A DNA stretch of 64,000 nucleotides from Octopus vulgaris. Taxonomy: Eukaryota. The first letter of the stretch is position 1. Each line of letters begins with the position of its first letter. The notes beneath the pieces are model-generated. The model had not been told where the DNA came from. It was given only the letters and a program-made list of their open reading frames with translations, and made no database searches. Below, piece by piece: positions 48,041 to 61,480 of this stretch. The stretch lies in the NCBI GenBank assembly GCA_951406725.2, contig OX597828.1, positions 21,762,001 through 21,826,000 of the forward strand. Direction: 5' to 3'. Position numbers and translations under genes: made by a program.

Positions 48041-48097
48041 ATCTGGCAGTAAATTAAAAATATACAAAGTGCGTTCGAGACATTCATTGGTTCACAC

Positions 48098-48291
48098 TTT
48101 GGCACAAAGCCAGCAATTTAGATCGAAGGGTTATAAGTCGATTACATCGAGCCCCAGTGTCTAACTGGTACTTATTAAATAGACTCCGAAAAGATGAAAG
48201 GCAATGTCAACCACGGCGAAAAAGATGGAGGAAATGCTGCTAAGCATTTTTTGACCGGTATTCTAAGGGTTCTGCCAGCTCGTCGCCTCAT

Positions 48292-48357
<66 letters not shown>

Positions 48358-48598
48358 AAATAATAATAATAATAATAATGATCATAATCCGTTCTACTGG
48401 GAGCAAAAGACCCCAAATTGTGGGGAAAGGGATTAAGTCGATTACATCAACCCCAGTGCGTAATTGGTACTTAATCGACTGGGAAAGGATGAAATGCAAA
48501 ATCGACCTCCATGGAATTTGAACTCAGAACTTAGTGAGGGGCGAAATACCGCTAAGCACTTCGCCCAGCCTACTAACAATTTTGCCAGCTCACCGCCA
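48098..48598 (-). mobile_element. Two further family C SINE copies separated by (TAC)n(AAT)n
   Basis: GTCGATTACATC..CCCCAGTG..TAA.TGGTACTTA..GATGAAA and a GCCAGCTC head in each copy. Confidence 0.8.
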
Positions 48599-48623
48599 TA
48601 AACAGCAACAACAACAACACCAA

Positions 48624-48707
<84 letters not shown>

Positions 48708-48765
48708 GAGCAGGGGACGTAGTGCGTGTGTAATATTAGTAGTAGACGTGGTACGAGCAGCAGTG

Positions 48766-48799
<34 letters not shown>

Positions 48800-48819
48800 C
48801 AGCAGCAGTATTATTATTA

Positions 48820-48850
<31 letters not shown>

Positions 48851-49185
48851 CATTATTATTATTATTAGTAGTAGTAGTAGTAGAGACTCTAGCAGCAGCA
48901 GCAGCATTAGCAAAAAATAATCTTAATGAAAATTACACGAGTGTTTAAATTTGAATGGAAATTCATCATGGCATGTAATTGAGTGTTTAAATCCCAGCGA
49001 GAATTCCAGTGACGGAATCCATTTAATATTCTACACATCTTTTGATATAGATCTAAAAATATATATATATATATGACATCTAAAGAAATTAAGGAAAGAA
49101 TCTAAGAAAATCTCTGGTCGGTACCACTCTCTTCGTTATGGTCAAACCCGCAGAGAACCAGACACCTATTATTGAAATTTGATTT

Positions 49186-49232
<47 letters not shown>

Positions 49233-49347
49233 TGATGTGATGAATTCTGGCCGCCATATATTTGTGTGTATATGTATGTATGCACGTCTTTGTCTGTCTC
49301 TCTGTTTTTCTCTCTCTGTCTCACTCATTTACACACACACACACACA

Positions 49348-49402
<55 letters not shown>

Positions 49403-50203
49403 AATATATATTAATGTATATATATATATATTTATATGCATATATCCATATACATGCATATATATATATGTATAAATATGTGTGTGAATGTGTTTGTATA
49501 ATATATACATATACATGAATATATGTTCACTTGAATGTATATATAAGTGCAAATAGATATGTGTATATATAAATATATATAGATATGTATATATATATGT
49601 GTGTGTGTGTGTGTGTTAGTATGTGTGTATGTGTGTGTGTGTAATTGTGTTTTAGAATTTGCCTGTTTGCTTGTGTGTGTGTGCACGTATCAGCGCTAGT
49701 GCTCTGTGTGTGTCTATATGCGTGAAATTGCGCGTGCGTGAACGTACGTGTACATTCGTGTGTGAGTGTGTATATGTTTATGTGTCCCTGTGCTGTATGT
49801 CCATATGCCTGCGTATATATCTGTGCATAGTGGCGCACTCATATGGCTGTGTGTGGGTGTTTATGTTAGAGTATAAGCACGCATACTCGTACAGACGCAT
49901 ACACATACGTATTTATACATATATAGATAGAAGTCTATTCACCAAAAATGAAATGAAAAGACGATGAGGTGTAGGTAGGAATATAGGTAGCGACCTGAAA
50001 GATTGCTTAAGTGTCTTACCGAGATAACGAGACAGATTGCATACAAACATATACAGACACAAATATGCAAGTATTCATACACATACACAGAGAGAGACAT
50101 AGAAACAGTCACACAATCGCACACACACACACACATATATAATCAATCAATCCTTTCCTTGATAATACCTTGTATTTTTATACATACGAACAGACTCATA
50201 AAT

Positions 50204-50253
<50 letters not shown>

Positions 50254-50519
50254 TATATGCATGTATATATATATATGTATATGCGTATATATATATATAT
50301 GTATGTATATATATGTATATATATATATGTATATATATATGTATATATATGTATATAAATATATATATATATAGATCGATAGACAGATAGATAGATATAG
50401 ACATGTACATCCATATATATGAATATATGTTTGAACATATATATATATACATGCGTATATTTATGCGTATATATACACACATATATGTATATATGTATAT
50501 ATACACACATATATATATG

Positions 50520-50559
<40 letters not shown>

Positions 50560-50739
50560 CGTCTTGTCTTTAACAGATATGAAACTTCAACAAGAAATAA
50601 CTAATATATATTGGCACTGAATGTTATTACTCTCGTATTTCTCCTCAATTGTAATTTTCTTGTTTACTGTGGAATAGGTATTTATCTCCATCTTTCCCTG
50701 TCTTTCTCTGCGTCTCATATATGTCTACATCTATAAATG

Positions 50740-50826
<87 letters not shown>

Positions 50827-51759
50827 ATGCATGTATGTATCTATGTATATATGTATGTGTGTGTGCATGTATGTATTTATATAAGTATTCATGATAGTTT
50901 TATGGTTTTGTCAGTCGGAAGCACTGAATAGAAGAAAGGTGTGTTACAATTTACTGAGGGTGATCGAGTGGATTTCTTACCGTTGTGGTTCCATGGTGCA
51001 TTGTCGTCTCTTCAGCCAATAGCACGTCGTTCAGTCCTCCATGTCTAAATGAGAACATATCCCAAAATCTCCAAAGTAAGAGAGTATTGGAAAGGACTTA
51101 CCTGTAATTTATATTTTAAACACTTATCGAAAATGTGCCAGAGTTCTGCATTTGTCTAATTTTTCAAGAGTTTTCCTGATTTTTACGATGTCATTTGAAA
51201 CTTGAAATTTCCACGTAATCTAAAGGTTCTAGTCCTTTACCGTTTGAGGGTTTTGATATAAGTTCTGATATATTTTAAGCTCACATCAGCTCTGTTTGCA
51301 GTGATTTTTGTTTATATTGTTACCCGTTTATGACAATTGTGTAGGAATTGAACTGGTAAGTTTACTATTTCTAACAGACACAACAATTATATAGAAAGCA
51401 GCGTAATGGTGATAACTTTGTTCACTCGAAAATATGTCTGTATGTCTCTTCTGCATATAATTATATCAATTCTTCCTCTGAGAAAGGTATTGGATTCTAA
51501 CAAAGCTCCAAAGCTCCAAAGCTAAAATGTATATAACGGAAGCTGGCCTCTCATACGTACACGTGAGTGACACATGTTTTGATGGGAATGTTCCAGCAGT
51601 ATTTTTGTGTCCATATATAACATAGGGAAGCTGGAGATGGTAGAGAAATTGTCAGTTTCATTTTAAATGCCCTATACAAGCACAGGAACACAAACACACA
51701 CATACACATATAGCAACATTCATATATTTATTATATCTATGTATATATTTATGCATGAA

Positions 51760-51803
<44 letters not shown>

Positions 51804-51804
<1 letters not shown>

Positions 51805-51961
51805 AAGGAGAGTTTACGAAAGAAAACAAAAGACGAAGACAGGCGGTGTACGAAACAAACAGATGTATTAGCATAACGCTCAGGAATAGAAAAAGTCTTT
51901 TACGTTTCGAGCCTACGCTCTTCTACAGAAAGGGACACAGAAAAATCAAGGAGAGAAAAAA
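51804..51961 (-). mobile_element. Short Penelope pLTR-like element with variant hammerhead core
   Basis: Minus strand 51897-51932: CTTT-CTGTAGA-a-GAGC-gtag-GCTC-GAAAC-GTA-AAAG. The 3' end abuts (TA)n. Homologue of 1248-1418. Confidence 0.7.
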
Positions 51962-52012
51962 TGTGCGTAGGGGCTAAAGATATAGATACATATATATACA
52001 TATATATGTATG

Positions 52013-52077
<65 letters not shown>

Positions 52078-52183
52078 ATATATGTATATATACTTCTATA
52101 TATACATACCGACATACATACATACATATATATATATATTTATATATATATATATACACTACACACACAGACACACACATCAG

Positions 52184-52236
<53 letters not shown>

Positions 52237-52807
52237 TATAAAGACAGTGAGTGATTGATTTAGTGTGAAAAGGTTAGTTCTTTTCAACTCTTTGGTTACG
52301 TTAAATGCCACTTTTGGTATCGTAAGATGTGTTCTAAACTTAATGAATAAAAATTTTCTCATAGATCATATGTTCGAAAAAAGAATTTCAATAAGGTTAC
52401 TGTTAAGATTAGTTACACTTGCATTCACAGTTTCACTGCCTCAATTAATGTATTGAATACAGAAAATGATACACTATTATGCACGCATCTCACCATCTGA
52501 ATACAAATAGAAAAAGAGTTAAGGCTATGGAACTGGATTGAAAATACATTTAATAATTGAAATAGCATCTTTTGTTCTAGAGTTTGGAAATACAAGAATC
52601 TTCATCAAATTTCTCAACAGAATATAATAATGATAAAGCTCTGAAATTTATTTTCAGACATGGCATAATCAACAGAGATATTCTTTCCGATAAAACATAT
52701 TCTTAAATTATATTTAGAATCTGAAATAAAGACATCAATATCAGTAACTACAATCACAAACACAAACGGTTTGCAGTGTTTCCCTTGATTTTTGCTTCAG
52801 TATACAC

Positions 52808-52874
<67 letters not shown>

Positions 52875-53040
52875 ACACACACACGCACACACGTTTAGTT
52901 GCCATGTGTTTTTCTATATTTGATCTGTACATCAAGATCGATAATACTAATAAGAAATATTTATAAGTACAGTATTAACCACACCACTTTACTAGACGTA
53001 CCCTAAATAAATTTACCAACAGCATTTGAATAAATATACA

Positions 53041-53215
53041 TCACGTCACGTGATCACTTGACCGACCAGACCATCAGATGTTGTTACACATCGCTGGTCA
53101 CAATTCGTTCGCATTGTTTTAGCCTTCGAATGACGCCACCCCGCTGGCTAAGCGAGCAGGCCAACAGAAAAAAGAGTCAAAGAAAGAGTGATGAAAGAGT
53201 ACAGCAGGGATCACC
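53041..53215 (-). mobile_element. 5'-truncated family B (tail 2) SINE fused to the Penelope element
   Basis: Matches 12097-12265 and stops at GGGATCACC. Confidence 0.88.
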
Positions 53216-54298
53216 CGAATGCGAGAGCTGGCGTCCCGACCCATCACATAAATAGGAACAAGCATATATGGTTTGTAATTCCCTTTGGTAAGCAGATTAG
53301 AACTAACCTCCCCCTCATGTTTCGACAAGCCATCGCCAATAACTTCCCCAGAAATTCCAAATATTACTCCACGGTTAATTCGCATAAAGTTAGGATAGCT
53401 TTCTCCAACACTAAAAACCTCGCCCAGATAGTCGCCTCCCATAATAATAGGCTGCTTACTAAGACCCTACCACCTTTTTCCGGAGGCACAGCTTCTTCCG
53501 CTCCCGGTTTAACGCCCAGTAGGAATAATAATAGTAGTAATAATGATATGAGAGCCAGTACAGTGACTCATAATCTCAGCTCCAACAAGGGATTATATAC
53601 TAGGGGTATAGTTATAAATAAGGGTGATGTCATTGACGGTAACGATGGCAGTAGTGAGGTGAGCGCAGCTCGGCTCGCTAGGGTAGAGAGTCCCAATAGC
53701 AACTCCAGCATCGTTTCCGGCAATAGCGGCACCACGGGCACTAGCAATGACAGCACTCTGAGTGATAGTGTAGAATCAGGGATTTATTCCGTTAGTTAAT
53801 AGTGACGTAGTGGTAAATAAAGTAGTAAGCGGCTGCAGTTCTCGCAACAAATATAGTAACAGTAACGCAGTTCTAATTTCAGAAACTAATCCTAATAGAA
53901 TAAGGTTCACGTCGGTGAACTCCAAGATCAGAAACGCCGTCTATCAATGTAAGGTTTACACGGACTCAGATGTCTTCTCTTATGTCGGCGCCTCATCGTC
54001 AAGATTGTCCTCACGAATCTCCAACCATTACGCAACTTTTCGAGACGTGAATAAATGCCAGACCACGGGACTTAGCAAGCTAATATGGCGATTGAAGAAT
54101 ACGAACTCAAGCTACAGCCTGGAATGGTCAATTTTGTCGGTGGCCCTCCCATTTGACAGGGGCAGAAGGAAGTGCAACCTTTGTGTCTCCGAACTCTTCC
54201 ATATATTGTTCGCCAGAGACCGGATGGTAAACGGACTTTTACAGTCGGCTTTTCGATGCCCCCACTGGCGGCGTTATACTTATCTTGCTTATAAATAA
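53216..54298 (+). pseudogene. C-terminal part of Penelope polyprotein (GIY-YIG endonuclease), frameshifted near 53800
   Basis: RNKHIWFVIPF...NFP...KVRIAFS...SHN, then AVY...YVG...R.SNH...LSKLIW...WSIL...CNLCVSE...CPH. The Naiad assignment rests on recalled motif similarity. Confidence 0.82.
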
Positions 54299-54886
54299 CG
54301 CTTATAAATAATACCTGCGCCCGGTTACACTACTTATATGAAAATAGCCCTTGGAAATAAATTCTAAAAAACATTTAAGAGAAATATGATTAACCATTGC
54401 AAGGGGAATTACTCCTGGGAGACGAATGGTGGTTTGTCTTGACGACGGGGGGTTTCTTTGACAAGGCAGGTTTAGACGAACACACGCACACATAAAAACA
54501 TTTTTTTCTGCCACCCGACGGATTTTACAGCAGTGACCATTGTGTAGGGCTGTTTACCAACTGACGGCCACGTGATCAAACGCACATACGAACACATAGA
54601 ACAGTACACACACACATGTTTCTAAGTAGATTTTGGCTCGCCCCATATAATACACCTAATATTCTTTAAATAGTCAGAACTTTAGTCTCGGTCACAAAGA
54701 ACATCTAAGCACCCCATGCTCCCACCCACCGGAATGACCGCTGCCTGACCCGTTAAAACCTTCAACGCACCCACCACCAGTTTTCAACATACATTGATAA
54801 ACAGTTTGGCCATGGGCTCTTAGGAGCCTCGTTCGATTTGTTTTACTCCGCCTCTGTTCTGTTTTTGTTTTTTCCAACGGATTTCC

Positions 54887-54980
54887 TATTTCTTCCTGAA
54901 GAGAAAGACACAATATGGTCTCCTTATTCAATCGGAATTTGGTAAATTGTGCCTTTCGAAACACGTGTAGAATGCAATAA
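54887..54980 (+). ncRNA. Type I hammerhead ribozyme motif with canonical core
   Basis: TTC-CTGAAGA-GAAAGaCACAAT-(~33 nt)-ATTGTGcCTTTC-GAAAC-acgt-GTA-GAA, on the sense strand of the element. Confidence 0.85.
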
Positions 54981-55184
54981 AACGATTTCTGTTCAATCTT
55001 CGTTCAACTCCATTTCTTCAATTCACTAATAATATTAAAATTCAATTATCCGCACCAACGCACGTTTGCAACACCATATGGTTGTACCTCCAACCGTGCT
55101 GTCTTCTGCTGTGATTTTTGCTACCAAGGTATCGGTTAAACTTTTGATTAAACTGCAACAAGATTATTCATCTTTCTATTTCAC

Positions 55185-55231
<47 letters not shown>

Positions 55232-55865
55232 GTGCGCGCGCGCGTGTGTGTGTGCGTATGTTAATACATGTGCACCTGCACCACTGATGTTCCGTTAATC
55301 TATGGTCACGTAATGATAATAATTCATTAACACATATCTATTAATTAGACACCATCCATGCATCTTAATTACCATGAACTGCTAGAATCGTAAATTAAAT
55401 AAATATAGACTTTTAAATATATACTTAATGAATTACATACAGGTAGCTGCATATGACATAAGTACATTAGTGCATTTATTAGTGAGCGAACTTACGAAGA
55501 TTGATGCAGCATTACTGCTCGCAGTGAGAGAGATTTCAGAGTTTTAATGCATTTAAAATCAAATCAAAGGTCTGGAGTTACAAGGTCAACAAAGTTTCCT
55601 TCTGTTTCATTAGTTGATTGTTTCACCTTGTAGTTCCGTTATGGCCTGCATGTGGAGCATTTTATTAGCCAGAGTTAAGTGTAGGCACTGCAACACCCGA
55701 AATTTTGGTATCAGCAATAGAAAGTACAGAATAAATAATACGCGTAAATAAGTGACTGGGAAGCGAGCTGCTTAGCAAAGGGCCAAGAAGATAAACGTAA
55801 GTAAAAACCTCCTACCATACTCTCTTAGCTCATATATGTATAGATATGTTTATATATATAGATAC

Positions 55866-55964
<99 letters not shown>

Positions 55965-56057
55965 CATGTATATATGTATAAGTATATATATGTATATATA
56001 TATATATTGATATATATGTATATATATATATTGATATATATGTATATATATATATGC

Positions 56058-56103
<46 letters not shown>

Positions 56104-56263
56104 CCTCCTGTATTTTTAATTCCACCATTAAGTAAGATATAGCTATCAATTAATGAAATTCGGTCCGTATAAAGTTTTCTTCATTCTATGGATAAGCGGA
56201 AATTCATCGCAATCATTTGATATTATTTTTCTAAAATAGAATTCTAGAAGTTAATACGCTGTT

Positions 56264-56345
<82 letters not shown>

Positions 56346-56346
56346 C

Positions 56347-56377
<31 letters not shown>

Positions 56378-56478
56378 TTTCTTTCTTTCTGTATATGTAT
56401 ATGTACATATATATATGTGTATATGCATATAAACATATATATATATATACTATATATATTTATGTGTGTATGTGTAAG

Positions 56479-56553
<75 letters not shown>

Positions 56554-57204
56554 GTGTATAAATATTTTCATATATAAATATCTATCCATACGGGCAACCA
56601 TACACACTCACAGCACACATACAAATCGCCAGCATTTCATTACTATTACATAGATGAATAAGTGTTTTTCATTTTTGGGGGTGATATATATTTTCACATA
56701 AGAATCATGTGAAGAAGAGGAGGAAAAGCTAATATTCAATGCAAAAGAAACATCTGCAGAATGAATTATCAAGGAAACGGAAAAGTTTCACACATTGTTA
56801 CGTCGAAGTTCTCGTTTCCGATCTTCGGCCAATTGTTCTTGGGAGAACAATTTGGCTGTTATATACAATGGCAGAAATTATTACGCAAAAATACGGAAGA
56901 ATTTTGGTTGTATTCGAATGCAGTCCTAAAAGAGAAAATCTTCACGCATCACATTTCTACGCTTGTATAGAAATGATTTCTTAGGCAAGGAAAGATTAGG
57001 AAAACATTTTAAGAATGTATTCATGCGTATCTTTACATTATTGAAATATATATTCTAAATACAATATATATATATATGTCGAAAGTCGATGTGCAAATGA
57101 GATAATATATGTAAACCGTATGTGTGTGTATGTACGTGTCCATATATATCTATACATATTGCTGCCTTTATATGTATCATTATTATGATTATTTATATAT
57201 AATT

Positions 57205-57279
<75 letters not shown>

Positions 57280-57448
57280 TGTGTGTGTGTGTGCGTCTGT
57301 GTGTGTGTATAAGTATTCACATGAAAACATATACTACAGCTTTGCATATCTGCAGTGACCTACCAAAACTTAGCGTTTTCAATGTCGCTTACACTTATAT
57401 ATATATATGTATATATATATACAGTGTATTGATATAGATATAATGTAT

Positions 57449-57494
<46 letters not shown>

Positions 57495-58455
57495 CAACCA
57501 CAAACATCATTTGTCTCGTAATGAGACCTGTCTTGTTCCTTATAATTCCCTCCAATGCTAGTATCACCTTCTCAACATTTCCTTCCTAGTTTTGAAATTC
57601 GCTTATCATGTGTAGTACGTATTAGGTGTAACGCATTTTTCTCGTTCCATGTCAGCCAATGAAATTGCCGATCTCTTACGGTGGTTTCAAATTTCAGTTG
57701 TATAATCCGTCAGCTCCAAACTTGTAATACGACGGATGAGAGTGAGAGAATTCTCGTACTTTCCCAAGACTTTACTAGATACGGAATTACACCAAACTAT
57801 GTTGGTGTTCCGGTTGCATATACCTGTGATTCAAAACTCAACCTGAACACTGCCTCTCAAATCTTCTCAAGAGACACGTCTTTTATTGCTCAAGGAGCAA
57901 TCTCATTAGGTATACACATCTCAAAAAATATTAAAAGGTGATCAAGGTTGTACCCTATCATGCATGATAGCAGTTCAATAACTGAAACAAATAAAAATTA
58001 AAACATACAGTGAGATCAACATCAGTTTCAAATATATGTAACTGTAATATGCTTTCTATGACCGTAGCGATGATTATTCAATCCCTTGAGATGATATCTT
58101 AGTGATACATTCACAGCTTTTGTCCCGCTGAAACACTTCTCAGTACTGGAACGCTCAAACAGACGAGGTTCAGATATTACTACACTGTCATTCATTGATG
58201 AACATGCGATAAGTACCCAACTAGGCCAAATTTACGTTTATCTTACAGTGTGTCTATGGATGCGTAAAGTAGTGGCACAGGCTTCCACACCAAAAGCTTT
58301 CGAGAATCTGCGACACAAGCCAGTGGGTCTACTGTTTAAAGCTCGATTCCTATTTGGACATAGATAGTCCTTACATATCTTTGTATGTATGTATGTATGT
58401 ATGTATGTATGTATGTATGTATGTATGTATGTATCTAACTATCTATCTATCTATC

Positions 58456-58490
<35 letters not shown>

Positions 58491-58657
58491 CACCTATCTA
58501 TCTCTCTATCTATTTTCTATGTATCTTTCTATCTATCTATCCATTGAGCTGTCTGTCTGTCTATGTATGTATGTATGTATGTATGTATGTATCTATCTAT
58601 CTAATTATCTATCAATCGATTTGTCTACTTGTCTATCTATCTGTTTCTATCTCTCTC

Positions 58658-58713
<56 letters not shown>

Positions 58714-59364
58714 CCTGTCTTCTATCAATCTTTTTAACTACTTTTACGAGCCTGTCGATGTACACGCATGCGCCTAAACATACTATGAAAACGTATAACG
58801 TAACATGAGGTATCTTGATTCATTCTGTTAAATTTAAACGTCGCAGAAAGAGAAAATCTCAATAGTTAGATCAATTTCTTTTCATTTCTTCCTAAAATTT
58901 TAAACACAAAAACATATTTCTGAATGTTGTATGACATTCAGAGAAAAAGAATCATATATTTACCAGGACTGGAAAACTTCAAATATGTTATATTAATAAA
59001 AGATTATGAAGCATTCCCTTTGTGACACGAGTTATCGTTGTAGAGTGTTCTGCTAACCAATCATCAATTTCAATTCTAAATCAACATTTTTTTTTCTATA
59101 TTATACGAAGCAAACTGAATTCAGATCCATATCTTTACACAGCTACCTACTTTAACTTGGCTGAATTAAAAAAAAGAAAATTAGTTTGTAACAAAATTAT
59201 TTAACTGACGTATGGCTGGCAAGATGGATGGAAAATGACGACGCAACTGATTAGCCGAATTTTTTCCTAGAAGAATTAACTTCACAAACTTTTTGCATAT
59301 CAAACTAGTCGGCTCTTTTCAGTGATATTTCTAACCAACCGTTACTTGAATAATTTCGTTCTTA

Positions 59365-59518
<154 letters not shown>

Positions 59519-59862
59519 GTGAAGGCGCATGGCTCAGTTGTTAGAGCGTCGAGCTTACGATCGTGAGGTTGTGAGCTCGAATCCCGGACCGGGCTGCGTG
59601 TTGTGTTCTTGAGCAAGGCACTTTATTTCACTTTGCTCCAGTTCACTCAGCTGTAGAAATGAGTTGCGACGTCACTGGTGCCAAGCTGTATCGACCTTTG
59701 TCTTTCCCTTGGATAACACTGGTGGTGTGGAGAGGGAGGCTGGTATGCATGGGCGACTGCTGGTCTTCCATAAAACAACCTTGCCCGGACTTGTGTCTAG
59801 GAGGGTAACTTTCTAGGTGCAATCCCATGGTCATTCATGACCGAAGGGGGTCTTTACCCTTT
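59519..59862 (+). mobile_element. tRNA-derived SINE with Meta/CORE-like central domain (family D)
   Basis: TGGCTCAGTTG A box, GCTCGAATCC B box and TGTGTTCTTGAGCAAGGCACTTT...CTCAGCTGT, inserted in (TTA)n. Confidence 0.85.
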
Positions 59863-59883
59863 ATTATTATTATTATTATCATT

Positions 59884-60040
59884 ATGAAAGTGTTGAGCTG
59901 GCGGAATCATTAGCACGCCGGGCAAAATACTTATCGGTATTCCGTCTGCCGCAACGTTCTGAGTTCAAATTCCGCCGAGGTCGGCTTTGCCTGTCATCAT
60001 TTCGGTGTCGATAAATTAAGTACCAGACCTTGTGCATATA
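59884..60040 (+). mobile_element. Family C Nin-domain SINE
   Basis: GAGCTGGCGGAATCATTAGCACGCCGG...GAGTTCAAATTCC...GTCGATAAATTAAGTACCAG. Confidence 0.8.
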
Positions 60041-60047
60041 GTAGGAG

Positions 60048-60118
<71 letters not shown>

Positions 60119-60655
60119 GAGTGAGAGAGCAGAGCATGCCATCAAAGTGACACTGGGGTAAAATATACGAAGCCCAATATACCCATCATGACTACCCGTC
60201 TGATAAAGGTACACCAGGCACATGAATCACAACCATATGTGCGCGACATGGTGATCTCATATCAAGATAAACAGCACATGACCTTGCAGGTGGGGCCCAG
60301 TTAGAATTTTCTTCAGGTTGAATAGCCCATCCCACTCAAAAGGTCCCTGAATAAGGATTGTTTAAGGATGTTGAAAGAACCACCCATGTTTCCAGAGGTG
60401 AATTATTCAAACCCCAAAGAATCCCTCTCAACACATGGCTATGATGCTCCCCACTACTTCTGCTCGTGATCAGAGATGCACATACGTCAGCCACTAAGGG
60501 ACATGCTCAACTGGTTAAGGTCAAACAACTGACAAGCAAATCTGTGGTATTGAGCAGAATATTTGCTGTAGCCCATCTTTTATACCAAGACAAAACAATG
60601 TACATGATAACACTTCCAATCAGTTAAGATCAGAAGCCATGAGAGCCACTGCCTG

Positions 60656-60704
<49 letters not shown>

Positions 60705-60823
60705 ATGAGAGAGTAGTGCATGCCATCAAAGTGGCACTGGGGAAAATATAAGATGTCCAGTATACCCATCATGGCTACCCGTCTGATAAGAGTACACCAA
60801 ACACATGCATCACAACCATATGT
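60119..60823 (-). mobile_element. (TAA)n-embedded non-coding element (60119-60657) plus shorter diverged copy (60705-60823), likely Dong-type 3' UTR
   Basis: The two copies share the same end next to (TTA)n and differ in length at the other end, as expected for 5' truncation. Confidence 0.6.
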
Positions 60824-60869
60824 TGCTATTAATATTGCTTTGAAGTTTTGCCACAACGCCAGCTGTATA

Positions 60870-61018
60870 TTATTTACATTATTTACATTCGACGGATATT
60901 TATCCTCATCTTTTTTGTTGTTAACACAACGTTTTGACTGATATACCCTCCAGTCTTCATCAGGTGTCTTGGGGAAATATCGAACCTCGGTTCTCATTCT
61001 TAACGTATTTTTCAACGT
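60870..61018 (-). mobile_element. Third copy of the hammerhead-bearing pLTR-like family
   Basis: 60923-60968 minus strand: GACAC-CTGATGA-a-GACTG-gagggtatat-CAGTC-aAAAC-GTT-GTGTT. Confidence 0.75.
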
Positions 61019-61038
61019 TATCCTCCTCCTCCTCATCG

Positions 61039-61108
<70 letters not shown>

Positions 61109-61130
61109 TATCGTTATTATTATAATAATG

Positions 61131-61177
<47 letters not shown>

Positions 61178-61314
61178 TATTATTATTATTATTATTATCA
61201 AGGGCAAATTTAGATAATTGATAATATCAGTAAGTGGCAGCATGCGATATTAGCATTAAACAACTATACAATATATACTTAATTATATAGAACAGGAAAG
61301 TCAGCTGTTTTAGA

Positions 61315-61480
61315 GAAGCGGGGAGAAATCAATTACACCGACCGCTGTACTCAACTGATACTCATTTTATCGTTCCCGAAAGGATGAAAGGCAAAGCCGA
61401 CTTTGAAATTGAGAGTAAAGTCGAACAATATGCCGCTAAGCATTTTGTCCGGCGTACAAACCATTCTGCCAGTTCACCAT
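61315..61480 (-). mobile_element. Family C SINE, degraded
   Basis: TTTATCGTTCCCGAAAGGATGAAAGGCAAAG...GCTAAGCATTTTGTCCGGCG...CTGCCAG. Confidence 0.7.

Larger units (their letters stand above)
53216..55188 (+). mobile_element. 5'-truncated Penelope-like retroelement, probably Naiad-like
   Basis: Linker/thumb region, GIY-YIG ORF, ~890-bp 3' region with a hammerhead, and a 3' end at TCACATAA(TA)n. Confidence 0.85.

Noticed and set aside
50940-51640. Possible old LINE remnants here and at 57500-58350 and 62860-63900
   Set aside because: No diagnostic motif could be read reliably.
53188-53215. N-terminus of the 203-aa ORF as a true start
   Set aside because: It derives from the antisense SINE fused to the truncated Penelope frame.
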